The notes under the pieces: generated by a model
Databases searched by the model: none
Told to the model about the DNA's origin: nothing
Seen by the model: the letters and a program-made list of their open reading frames with translations, nothing else
Made by a program: the position numbers and the translations under genes
Shown: positions 28,524 through 37,875 of the stretch, piece by piece
How positions within the stretch are numbered: position 1 is the first letter of the stretch
How the letters are laid out: each line of letters opens with the position of its first letter
Origin: Spirochaetota bacterium
Lineage (GTDB): Bacteria; Spirochaetota; UBA4802; UBA5550
Direction of reading: 5' to 3'
DNA: 64,000 bases
Assembly: GCA_050298055.1 (NCBI GenBank)
Contig: JBNKTL010000002.1
Span: forward strand, 64,001 to 128,000

Positions 28524-29381
28524 ATGCTCAGTAAATTCCTTGAAAATAATATTCTGATTCACCTGCCAGAGGGTGCGGGAATTCAACCGGGCACTGTTGT
28601 GATACGAAAGGGCAGCGCCAAGGAACAGCAGGGGTGCTTTTCACATTATGATGAGAAGAACCTTGTTCTCATTAATGTTCTGGACCTGAAAGAGAAAAGT
28701 TACATTGCAAGGGAGGGAGTCCTTAAACCGGAAGATGACGACAGGATATTTGCGTATACGACTTCATTCAGGAAAAATCCAAATTCCGGGAAGGCGCTGG
28801 ACATCGTCAGGGACTGGTCTTTATTTAAACAAAATGAATTCATACAGGAAGATATTCTCCGTTTTGTGAAAACCACATACGTTCCGGAGCAGATCCTGGA
28901 GCTTGAGACGCTGGATGATCTGGCAATCCTTTTTGTACCCATTCAGCAGGTTTTTCGTATCGGCAGGTTCAAAGAAAGACGTGACGGCGTCAGGGTCTGT
29001 ACTGACAGGTTCAGACAGTGGCTTGAATCACTCAACAAGGGAGACCATATAACATATCTGGCAAAAGTCATAACAGGAAGCGGCCACAGACCCCTGTTCT
29101 ACTCGATCGGGACTAAGCCCCACCAGGAGATAGAGAAATATCTCAGGAGTGAGGAGTTCAACTTCATGCCAACACATGGAGGTCATATTAAGTGTATCGG
29201 AGTAAAGGGAAATAAGAAAGAATTCCAGATAGACGCAGGATCAGACTATATCGGCCGCGGTATTAAGACAATGCTCAATGTGGCAGATGAGGTCGCAAGG
29301 GGACTGAGCCGGGTTTATCCGTCATATCTCTTTATTCCCCTGGAGGGAAGGGGTGCTTTCGGGACTGATCAGAGTTACTGA
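28524..29381 (+). CDS. Hypothetical protein; C-terminal half resembles the Janus/Ocnus (PHPT1) phosphohistidine phosphatase fold
   Basis: 285-aa ORF with RBS. Motif series TYLAKV...PHQEI...HGGHI...KEFQIDAGSDYIG...YPSY. The ORF is solid; the fold call is inference. Confidence 0.6.
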   Translation: MLSKFLENNILIHLPEGAGIQPGTVVIRKGSAKEQQGCFSHYDEKNLVLINVLDLKEKSYIAREGVLKPEDDDRIFAYTTSFRKNPNSGKALDIVRDWSLFKQNEFIQEDILRFVKTTYVPEQILELETLDDLAILFVPIQQVFRIGRFKERRDGVRVCTDRFRQWLESLNKGDHITYLAKVITGSGHRPLFYSIGTKPHQEIEKYLRSEEFNFMPTHGGHIKCIGVKGNKKEFQIDAGSDYIGRGIKTMLNVADEVARGLSRVYPSYLFIPLEGRGAFGTDQSY

Positions 29382-29461
29382 TCAAGAATACCTTAAAACC
29401 GGCAGCTGTACATCAAATCCGATTAATATTAATTCCCTGGAGGGAACGCAGTTTGAATCCC

Positions 29462-30166
29462 TTATTTGAGATAATCGCACATTGCCTCAAAATATGAGGG
29501 AAGAACATCCCAGGGATTGGGATCAAGGCTATCATCAGTATGGCAGACCCATCCGGCATTGTTAGCCGCAGCATGCTCTGAGAAGACCCTGTAGTCGCCC
29601 ACCGGTGTTTCAAGTGTCAGTACGCAGAAATTGTCACTCTCATGGTTAAAGACCCATGCCGGTGCTTCCCATTCAAGATAGCCTTTTTCATTTTCAAAGA
29701 TGCATATAACATCCATGACCCGTTTGCCGTTGTTAAAAAGATACGTTTCGGAGGGAGTAATCCCCGGATTTCCCACAACAAGTGCAGCGGGACTCTTCGC
29801 CTTTATAGAGTTTCTGATCTCAAGGTAGTGGTCTTCATAACCGGGATTGATGGCCTGCTCATCCAGGAAAATCCCATCGATATCGTAAAAGCTGTACCAG
29901 CTGTGGATATCAGCCTTTATATCATCAATATTCCTACTGCCATAAAGTGTATAGACATAACCCAGAACCCTTCCGCCACTGCTGCGAAGATTATCGATTG
30001 CAGCGGTATAGCCGGCATCAACTCCCGGTCCCGGACCATTTTCGGGATTGACAATAGCGAAGATCCTGTCCGGCATCTCAGCTGCCTTCAGGGCAATCCG
30101 GTTCCAATCACCGGGACTTCTCAGGGGATTAAAATATGCAGGCACAAGGACTTTCATATGTTTCAT
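29462..30166 (-). CDS. Spherulin-4 / GH135 (Sph3-like) glycoside hydrolase family protein
   Basis: LVPAYFNP, AIVNPENGPG, VLGYVYTLYG, IDGIFLDE, GNPG and IFE. Start placed at ATG 30166 or 30157. Confidence 0.85.
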   Translation of the reverse strand: MKHMKVLVPAYFNPLRSPGDWNRIALKAAEMPDRIFAIVNPENGPGPGVDAGYTAAIDNLRSSGGRVLGYVYTLYGSRNIDDIKADIHSWYSFYDIDGIFLDEQAINPGYEDHYLEIRNSIKAKSPAALVVGNPGITPSETYLFNNGKRVMDVICIFENEKGYLEWEAPAWVFNHESDNFCVLTLETPVGDYRVFSEHAAANNAGWVCHTDDSLDPNPWDVLPSYFEAMCDYLK

Positions 30167-30179
30167 TCCCTGAACTTCA

Positions 30180-30614
30180 TTATGAGCAGCGCACCATGTC
30201 TTCAATTCTCTTCCTGAGCCTGTCTGCCAGGACCAGGGCAATATTTTTATAGAGCTTAGCCTGAATTTCGATTTTCAGGTCATCAGCCCTTTCCACATCT
30301 ATATCCAGGAGAACCGTATCAGCATCTGATTCAATGGTTGCCGAGCGGTTGATATCTGACAGGGCACCCATCTCGCCGAAACACTCACCTGCCCTGAGGA
30401 CATCAATGGTTTTCCCTTCTTTCCTTATAATCACAGATCCGGTAACCAGGATGAAAAAATCACTCCCCTTTGTACCTTCCTTCAAGATAATCTCACCCCT
30501 TTTAAATGACCTGCTTTTGCAGATCCTGAGCAGATCGAAGACCTCTTCCTCGGTAAATGTTTTAAAAATTCTGCTGTCCTGCATAAGTATCGTAACGATC
30601 TTTTTTATATCCAT
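30180..30614 (-). CDS. Stand-alone cyclic-nucleotide-binding domain protein
   Basis: GEIILKEG...FFILVTG...GECFGEMGAL...RSATI; intact phosphate-binding cassette; no HTH. Confidence 0.9.
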   Translation of the reverse strand: MDIKKIVTILMQDSRIFKTFTEEEVFDLLRICKSRSFKRGEIILKEGTKGSDFFILVTGSVIIRKEGKTIDVLRAGECFGEMGALSDINRSATIESDADTVLLDIDVERADDLKIEIQAKLYKNIALVLADRLRKRIEDMVRCS

Positions 30615-30623
30615 TATACCTCC

Positions 30624-32939
30624 CTATTCATTATCAAGGACCCTGGTGATCTCATTATACAGCTCTTTGAGAAGAAAGGGTTTTGTCACGTGCCCTGAAA
30701 ATCCATAATCCCTGAAATTGGATATCACCGGGTCTGTGGAGTAACCACTTGATACAATACACTTTACATGAGGATACTCACCTTTTATCTTCTTTACTGC
30801 TTCCTTTCCTCCCATACCTCCCTGTATTGTGAGATCCATAATAACAATATCATAAGCCATACCCTCTTCATACATTTTTTTGTATTCCTCTATTGCCTTA
30901 ACTCCGTCATTTACACACTTAGAGTTGCACCCGATCTCCTGGAGCATATCTTCGATCACATTTACAATGACCGGGTCATCATCCATTACGAGCACCCTGG
31001 CGTCCAGTGGGGGCAGAGAATCCGGTTTGTCATCGGCTGTAACTCCTTCATCCCGGTTTTGAATCGATGTGGGGATATAGAGTGTAAAAGTTGTCCCTTC
31101 ACCCGGTTCAGAGTTGACTGTAACCAGTCCTTTATGTTTATTAATGATCGACAATACAGTTGCCAGGCCGAGCCCGCTCCCATCCTGTTTGGTTGAAAAA
31201 TAGGGATCAAATATCTTTTCAAGGTATTTTCGGGGGATTCCGATTCCCTCATCCCTTACAGTTATTTTAACATAACTGATTCTCTCAAGAACAGGCATCT
31301 CCTTTTCTGAATTATCATAATTATATGCGGATATCCGGATTCTCCCGCCATCTGGCATGGCCTGTTTCGAATTTATGACAAGATTGGATATCACCTGGCT
31401 TATCTGTCCCGTGTCAACTTCTGCTCTCATAAGGTTTTCCGGGAAATCAAGTTCCAGTCGGACACTGCTGCCCCTGAGGGCCAGCCGTGTTGACTCTTCG
31501 ATTATTTTTCTGATATCTGCAACCTCCATTACCGGCTTGCCGCCCCTGGAAAATGCCAGAAGCTGTTTTGTGAGGTCGGATGCCCTCTCATAGACTTTTT
31601 CAGCAGATTCAATATTTTTAAAAGCCCTGCTCTGGGGATCAATTCTCTTCTTGGCCAGTGATATATTTCCAAAGATACCTGCAAGAAGATTGTTGAAGTC
31701 ATGTGCAATCCCTCCGGCAAGTAAACCAAGGGACTCAAGTTTTGCGATCTTCAGAAGTTCTTGTTCCGACTTTATCCTTCCGGTTACATCACGAAAAACA
31801 AGCACCACCCCTTTCAGAGTCCCTTCCGAATCCATAATTGGAGCAGCACTGTCAGCAATGTTGTATTCCGAGCCATTTTTTGATTTCAGAATAACATTTT
31901 CAGAAAGGAGCATCATCTTCCCGGTCCTGATCACTCTTGTCACCGGTGTTTCAACTTTGACCCTGGTTTTTTCATCAATTAAATGAAAAATCTCACTTAT
32001 GGGTCTGCCAGCGGCTTCCTCTGAACTCCATCCTGTAAGCTCTTCACTGATATAATTGAGGAACTCCACCCTCTCCCGGATATCCGTCGCAATAACACCA
32101 TCACCTATACTTCTCAATGTAATAGCAAATTTCTCCCGATCTTCATCTGCTTTTTTCTCTGACTCCTTTCTCTGAGTGATATCCCTTACTGTTGCTAAAA
32201 CAGCATCTCTTCTTTCATAGAGTATTTTGTTAAGGTTTATCTCAATATCAAAAGTTGACCTGTCCCCCGGCCTCATGGCTAGCCACTCAAGCTCATGGGG
32301 ATTATCATCCAGGACACTTCTCCATATTTCATCCATTTTATCAAACCGGTTTTCGGGAGATGAAAAAGACCGGATATCCCCCTTAAGCGCTTCATCCCGG
32401 GTAACTCCAAACATTTTGAGCATTGTTTTGTTTACATCAAGTATCCTGCCATCCACATCAAAGATAAATATTGCGTGGTGACCCGAATTAAAGATATTTC
32501 TGAATTTATCCTGGCTTATTTTGTATTCGTTTTCCGCACTTTTTCTCCTCTGGATTTCATCGGTAAGACTTCCAATTTTTTCATTAACAGCATCCCGCAT
32601 ATAAGAAAATCCCCTTTCGAGAACACCGATCTCATCATCTTTTACCACCTCAACAGGAACATCCATATTCTGATCAGTAAAAGCTTCTACTGCCTCATTA
32701 AGCCGGGAAATCCGTTTGAAAATCATCTTTTCAAAAAGTTTCCTGATGATAATAATTAAAACAATACCGAGCACTCCCAGAATAAAGAAGATCTTCGATT
32801 CAAGAGAGCTCCTCTCTTCACTGCTTATCACCAGATATCCGATAAAAACAATAAAGAGGATAATAAAGAAAATTATCCAGCGAATAAATACATTTTCAAT
32901 TCTTTTGAGTGGTGCTCTGTTAAATTTCATGTGAGTCAC
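30624..32939 (-). CDS. Hybrid histidine kinase (2TM-HAMP-PAS-PAS-HisKA-HATPase-REC; CckA-like)
   Basis: DDEIGVL HAMP, two PAS domains (RDIT, RDVT), AGGIAHDFNN, FSTK..GSGLGL and receiver VMDDD...IMDLT...KPF. Confidence 0.93.
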   Translation of the reverse strand: MTHMKFNRAPLKRIENVFIRWIIFFIILFIVFIGYLVISSEERSSLESKIFFILGVLGIVLIIIIRKLFEKMIFKRISRLNEAVEAFTDQNMDVPVEVVKDDEIGVLERGFSYMRDAVNEKIGSLTDEIQRRKSAENEYKISQDKFRNIFNSGHHAIFIFDVDGRILDVNKTMLKMFGVTRDEALKGDIRSFSSPENRFDKMDEIWRSVLDDNPHELEWLAMRPGDRSTFDIEINLNKILYERRDAVLATVRDITQRKESEKKADEDREKFAITLRSIGDGVIATDIRERVEFLNYISEELTGWSSEEAAGRPISEIFHLIDEKTRVKVETPVTRVIRTGKMMLLSENVILKSKNGSEYNIADSAAPIMDSEGTLKGVVLVFRDVTGRIKSEQELLKIAKLESLGLLAGGIAHDFNNLLAGIFGNISLAKKRIDPQSRAFKNIESAEKVYERASDLTKQLLAFSRGGKPVMEVADIRKIIEESTRLALRGSSVRLELDFPENLMRAEVDTGQISQVISNLVINSKQAMPDGGRIRISAYNYDNSEKEMPVLERISYVKITVRDEGIGIPRKYLEKIFDPYFSTKQDGSGLGLATVLSIINKHKGLVTVNSEPGEGTTFTLYIPTSIQNRDEGVTADDKPDSLPPLDARVLVMDDDPVIVNVIEDMLQEIGCNSKCVNDGVKAIEEYKKMYEEGMAYDIVIMDLTIQGGMGGKEAVKKIKGEYPHVKCIVSSGYSTDPVISNFRDYGFSGHVTKPFLLKELYNEITRVLDNE

Positions 32940-33253
32940 TGATGATATCCCATAGGAAATATGTACAGCAATACTTCTTACTACATTTTAATTATAGACC
33001 AAAATTTGCGTTAGTGTCAATTATATTAAGTACGGGAATGGGCCGGCTCTCATTCCTCCTCCGAGAGGAGAATGGGAAGGGACCGAATGAATAAATTCAA
33101 TTTTTTTAAAAAAGATTCTTACCTCACTTGCAATTTTAAAAAAAATAATTATAATTATGAATAATTTATCGGCCAGGCATGATTCCGGATTATGTCTCAT
33201 ATGACATCAGGTTAAGAGTTCATTCAATTTTAACAAACACCGAGGTAAAAAAA

Positions 33254-33982
33254 ATGAAATCAAAATTCACTTCTCTCTTTCTTATTCTATTCCTTTCAAT
33301 AGTTATCATACCTGACAATTCTTATTCAGCAAAAATGAAAAATGCCATCAAATCGGGTTCCTATATCCCGGGAGACATTGTCTCAATAGAGAGTCTCAGG
33401 TTTCTCCCTGTACCATCTACAAGCAATAACTACAACATATTTCAATCAATTGGAAACATCAGCAATATTATTATTGGAAGGTTTGACGCTGTACCGCAGA
33501 GAATTACTCTTATCCAGGACACGAACGCCGACGGCAAGGTTGATGTTGCAGCACACTGGCTTATTACGGACAAAAAAATCCAGAAAGAAAAAGACCCGGG
33601 AAAATTCTGCAGTGCAGAGAAATTCAGGGAATACAAGGAGAGCATTCTGAAAGGCAACTCGAGCTTTGAAAAGATTGACACCCTAAATCTTTTTGATTAT
33701 CTTCTTAAAGATAAAACAAATATTCGCAGGCAAAAAAACGGTTTCAGAGTCGTCCTGGCAGACATCGACAGCAGGAAAAGAGAAAGGATAATATACTATT
33801 TTGCTAATAATGGGATAAATGGATACGACCTTGTCCTGGAAGTTAAATATTTTAAAAGAAACAGGAGCAGGATAAATCCTCTGATCAGCCACTATGCCTA
33901 CTGTAGGGGAAGCAGGGACTCCTATGTGAAGGAGTTTGTGGACAGGCTGTTAACAAAAACAAATAAAGCATTAAACAGGTAA
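33254..33982 (+). CDS. Secreted hypothetical protein
   Basis: Signal peptide after MKSKF (GAGG RBS); one DxNxDG (DTNADGKVD) Ca-binding-like loop. Confidence 0.65.
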   Translation: MKSKFTSLFLILFLSIVIIPDNSYSAKMKNAIKSGSYIPGDIVSIESLRFLPVPSTSNNYNIFQSIGNISNIIIGRFDAVPQRITLIQDTNADGKVDVAAHWLITDKKIQKEKDPGKFCSAEKFREYKESILKGNSSFEKIDTLNLFDYLLKDKTNIRRQKNGFRVVLADIDSRKRERIIYYFANNGINGYDLVLEVKYFKRNRSRINPLISHYAYCRGSRDSYVKEFVDRLLTKTNKALNR

Positions 33983-34274
33983 TCAGTTTCCGGTAAAAAA
34001 TTATAAGGGGACCTAAAAAAATAATTTTTCAGGGATACCTGTAATCCTGTACAAAAATATTATTATTTCCACTTTTTTTTGCTTTACTTATTTCGCTGTT
34101 ATCAATCCCATTGCAGATAACTTTTTAAGGGAGAAAGAGAACCGTTTTAAATCTAAATATTCAATTTTTTTCAGGGAAAACCAAGAGAGAAAAACATAAT
34201 TTATTAATTGTAACTTAACAATCCGTTTTTACTCTCCTAATAAAATAACCGATTAAATCAATACAAGAACCGAT

Positions 34275-34394
34275 GTGACGACTTAAGCACAGCAGAGATA
34301 TTTCTAATCACTCCCCTCTGCCTTCACCGGAGGAGACAAGTTATTAATATTTTTATCGGGATGTGTGTTTTTAACCATACTACTGAGTTGTCAC
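34275..34394 (+). mobile_element. MITE-like element, copy 4 (diverged)
   Basis: Ends GTGACGACTT...GAGTTGTCAC; decayed hairpin CTCCCCTCTGCC-TTC-ACCGGAGGAG; flanks GAACCGAT/AAACCGAT (7/8). Confidence 0.7.
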
Positions 34395-34420
34395 AAACCG
34401 ATCTGAAACGAAACTATTAA

Positions 34421-35611
34421 ATGTTTTTTATTATTTCATTTGTAATACTGATACTCATGTACGGCTATGTAGGATGGAAAATTATTCCCCTGGCAAGCCT
34501 CGATTATCCGTATAACTATATTGCCTGGTTGTCACTGCTGCTGATGATAGTTGTGCTCTACCTCCCCCTTTTAATGAGAACAAGAAAAAAAGAATCATTC
34601 TTTTCGGATATTCTCTCCTGGGTAGGATATATGACATTCGGATTTATATCCCTGCTCTTTCTTTACCTTTTTGCAAGGGACCTGATACTGGTAATCGGAT
34701 CAACAGGAACCCGGCTTGCCGGCATTGTCAGAGATATAATGACAAACTCTGCAAGCGGAGTCAATGAATTTGGTGCAACCAGAAGAGAAGCCCTGGTCAG
34801 GGGTTTCAATCACGGTGTCATGTCTTTTACATCACTTCTTTCCGTGTATGGTGTTCATGAGACACGGAAGGTACCGGAAATCAGAGAAATTGAAATACCC
34901 ATAGAGAACCTTCATGATGAGCTTCATGGATTCAGGATCGTTCAGGTTTCCGATATACATGCGGGGCCAACGGTTAAAAAAGAATTCGTGGAGAAGATTG
35001 CAGACAGGGTAAACAGCCTTGACCCTGATATATTTGTCAATACCGGGGATATGATCGACGGGACCGTGGAATATTTACAAAATGATGTCAGGCCACTGGA
35101 AAAGATCCGTTCACGGTATGGTAACTACTTTGTAACCGGAAATCATGAATATTACAACGGTGTTCATGAATGGGTAGAGATGGCGGAAAACCTCGGGATG
35201 AAAACACTTCTCAATGAAAGCGCCAGAATAAAGAAAGGAAATGGCGAGCTTCTCCTGGCAGGGGTCCCCGATTATTCAGGGGAAAAATTCTTTAAAAACC
35301 ACAGGGCCGATCCCGCCCTGGCAATAAAACAGGAAAAAGGGAACGAGATAAAGATCCTCCTTTCTCATCAACCCCGGGCCATATCGGATGCGGCGGCTGC
35401 AGGATATCACCTGCAGATTTCCGGTCATACCCACGGCGGACAATACTTTCCCTGGAACTACCTGGTAAAAAGGGAACAGTCCTACCTGAGGGGACTGCAC
35501 AGGATTGGAAACACCTGGCTCTACGTGAGCAAGGGCACGGGATACTGGGGACCGTTAACGAGAATGGGCGCGCAATCAGAGATAACCCTCATTAAACTCG
35601 TTAAAGCCTGA
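34421..35611 (+). CDS. Membrane-anchored calcineurin-like metallophosphoesterase (YkuE/YaeI-like)
   Basis: SDIH, TGDMID, GNHE, LSHQP and SGHTHGGQ; N-terminal TM helices. Confidence 0.9.
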   Translation: MFFIISFVILILMYGYVGWKIIPLASLDYPYNYIAWLSLLLMIVVLYLPLLMRTRKKESFFSDILSWVGYMTFGFISLLFLYLFARDLILVIGSTGTRLAGIVRDIMTNSASGVNEFGATRREALVRGFNHGVMSFTSLLSVYGVHETRKVPEIREIEIPIENLHDELHGFRIVQVSDIHAGPTVKKEFVEKIADRVNSLDPDIFVNTGDMIDGTVEYLQNDVRPLEKIRSRYGNYFVTGNHEYYNGVHEWVEMAENLGMKTLLNESARIKKGNGELLLAGVPDYSGEKFFKNHRADPALAIKQEKGNEIKILLSHQPRAISDAAAAGYHLQISGHTHGGQYFPWNYLVKREQSYLRGLHRIGNTWLYVSKGTGYWGPLTRMGAQSEITLIKLVKA

Positions 35612-35676
35612 TTGCTCAACAAAGAATTCAATTATCAATTGAATAGTACATACTCTATTCTATAATTTTCTTAAAA

Positions 35677-36735
35677 TCAGTTAAAGGTCGCGGTAAATGC
35701 AATCCCCCAGCTTCTGCTTTCAACCTTGTACTTTTCACTCATGACCGGATCATCAATATCCAGTTTTTCCTGATAGTAGTAGAGAGATATCCCCAGCCCC
35801 CAGTTATTCGAAACCCACCACTCTTTACCGATTGAAACAAAATAGCCGATACCGGAGACATCCTGTGTGTCAATAAGATCACCCTTGAATTCTGAAACAA
35901 CAGCACAAACACTCAGCGCAATATAAAAATTAGACGGCATCAGGTAATAGGAAATTCCTAAGCCTAACTGGGAGGAAAAATACTCTGTATTAGCATTTTC
36001 CATTTTTATATCACCCCATGTAACCTCTGATTCAGTAACAGTGATTCCCGCATAATCAAGAAACAGATTTATACTGTTGCCAAAGGAATATCCGAACTGG
36101 GTCCTTATCATTCCGTTGATACCTTTCAAGTGCAAATCACTGCCAATATAATCATCAACTGTAACTTCACCGCCGCCATAACCCCATATCAATCTGAACA
36201 GAAACCCGTCATGTTCATGCGCTCCTTTTGCAGCCTGGCTTCCCTTATTAAGTTTCTTCCTTTTACTCCCCCCCGATCCGGAAGTAGTTACGAAAATGAC
36301 CTTCCCGTTTTTATAGGCTATCTTGCTGACCTGGCCCCGGGGCAGCAGGTCCTTCAGCTGCTTACCTTCGGGTACATATTCGATATATTCACTTGTCATT
36401 CTCACAACAGCACCTCTGAAGACCCTGCCGTCCAGGAGGTATATCTCATCAAATTTCCTCTCCGTCTGCCTGCTTTCTGTTAATTTCTCCGGATCTGCAG
36501 ATTTGCCGTCACCGGAAATAACAACCTCCAGGCCGCTATCATACTTGAGTTTGCTGACACTTTTTCGTTTTAAAATATTAAAGGGAATTTCACCTTCGGG
36601 ATCATATTCGACGCTATTTTCGGTGACCCTGATTATCCTGCCTTTAATTATTTTTCCACTATTGAGATGGATTTCATCTGCATACAGAGTCTGGAGAGAA
36701 AAAAATACCAGTAAGAGAAGAACTGCTTTTTTCAT
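35677..36735 (-). CDS. Outer-membrane beta-barrel protein with duplicated N-terminal small beta domain
   Basis: Signal peptide; two repeats DEIHLNSGKIIKGRII / DEIYLLDGRVFRGAVV; HEHDGF...GKEWWVSNNWGLG...ATFN barrel. Start at ATG 36735 with AGGAG RBS. Confidence 0.75.
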   Translation of the reverse strand: MKKAVLLLLVFFSLQTLYADEIHLNSGKIIKGRIIRVTENSVEYDPEGEIPFNILKRKSVSKLKYDSGLEVVISGDGKSADPEKLTESRQTERKFDEIYLLDGRVFRGAVVRMTSEYIEYVPEGKQLKDLLPRGQVSKIAYKNGKVIFVTTSGSGGSKRKKLNKGSQAAKGAHEHDGFLFRLIWGYGGGEVTVDDYIGSDLHLKGINGMIRTQFGYSFGNSINLFLDYAGITVTESEVTWGDIKMENANTEYFSSQLGLGISYYLMPSNFYIALSVCAVVSEFKGDLIDTQDVSGIGYFVSIGKEWWVSNNWGLGISLYYYQEKLDIDDPVMSEKYKVESRSWGIAFTATFN

Positions 36736-36746
36736 TATGGATACTC

Positions 36747-37022
36747 CTAGTTTCCGGAACAGTATTTTTTTCCGAATGAACCTTCTACACACCTGCCGGA
36801 ACCTATACAGTCCGCATCAATATTACACGGCTTTCCTGTTTTGCCCGATCCGCCGAAATCCCACTCCTTCTTTTTAACGCATACGCCGTCACTGCATTCA
36901 AGCTGTGAACCGCACTCCGCATTATTAACACATTTCTCCCCTTTGCCCTTCCAGCCGGCATTTGAAGATGTAGATATAATCATTATGGAAATGATAAATA
37001 GTGCACATAAGATTTTGTTCAT
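36747..37022 (-). CDS. Small secreted cysteine-rich protein with two 4-Cys repeats
   Basis: Signal peptide then G..C.....C.....C..G.C twice; strong RBS. Confidence 0.75.
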   Translation of the reverse strand: MNKILCALFIISIMIISTSSNAGWKGKGEKCVNNAECGSQLECSDGVCVKKKEWDFGGSGKTGKPCNIDADCIGSGRCVEGSFGKKYCSGN

Positions 37023-37259
37023 TATACTCCCCCTTATAAATTTAGTGCTGATGCTGATAAATTATGCCCTTCCAAACATCCTGCTGTTTTCATATAACAA
37101 GAGGTCCCTTGAAATAGGAAAAAAGTGAATGAATACCAGGTATCATGAGTTTTTCTTGAACAGGTTTTATATATTTTAAGAGAGGAAAAATAGTCAACCG
37201 AAAACAAATTATAAAGAAGAAATTAAGGAGATGCCCCTTAATCACAGGTTTTTGTCATA

Positions 37260-37859
37260 TTACAACCTGAATGTTATTCCTCCACTGAGAGTGCAAAAAA
37301 CATCTCCAAACTCAAGAAAGGCGCCAATTTTATCCGTTATAAAATAACGAGCTCCCCCGTAAATCCCCCAGATTGAGTAATTGCCTTTTTCTCTGTCATT
37401 CACCGAGGGAGCACCATCCGGTTCATTAACTTCGGCCTCTGTTATCACATAACCCAGAAAGACTCCCGCGTATGTATCCAGGTCCTTCACCCTGATGAAT
37501 GGCGTAAAATGATAGGCTACACGCGCTCCCAGCAAATAGTATGAGTAAGAATACTCCCATACATAAGTTCCATCGGCAGGCACATTGACTCTGACTCTGT
37601 CCTCATTCCCCGCATAGCCCAAAACTCCTCCGAAGGAGAGGGGTACTTTCGGTTCTTTCTGTATGTTATATTCAACGCTTCCCCATATGAGGGGGATAGT
37701 TATATCACCTGTTGTTTTTCTCAGGTCATCGCCAATACCAAGCTGAACGGTAAAAGAATTGTCCTTGAAAGCGGTGCTGCCGGTATTCCCTGCTTTTAAT
37801 TCTGAAAAGGAATTTAAGGATACAAGAGAGACAACTGTAATGATGAATGTTTTATACAT
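37260..37859 (-). CDS. Small outer-membrane beta-barrel protein
   Basis: Signal peptide from MYKTF; GARVAYHF, DTYAG and GARYF motifs; C-terminal GITFRL. Confidence 0.75.
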   Translation of the reverse strand: MYKTFIITVVSLVSLNSFSELKAGNTGSTAFKDNSFTVQLGIGDDLRKTTGDITIPLIWGSVEYNIQKEPKVPLSFGGVLGYAGNEDRVRVNVPADGTYVWEYSYSYYLLGARVAYHFTPFIRVKDLDTYAGVFLGYVITEAEVNEPDGAPSVNDREKGNYSIWGIYGGARYFITDKIGAFLEFGDVFCTLSGGITFRL

Positions 37860-37875
37860 AATAATTAACCTGCTA

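Noticed and set aside
33030..33090. GC-rich hairpin in an AT-rich divergent intergenic region as a riboswitch
   Set aside because: No match to riboswitch consensus motifs I know; only one imperfect stem is visible.
35608..35649. Weak TIR-like ends (CTGATTGCTCAAC…TTGAATAGTAC)
   Set aside because: Too degenerate, AT-rich and without a flanking duplication.
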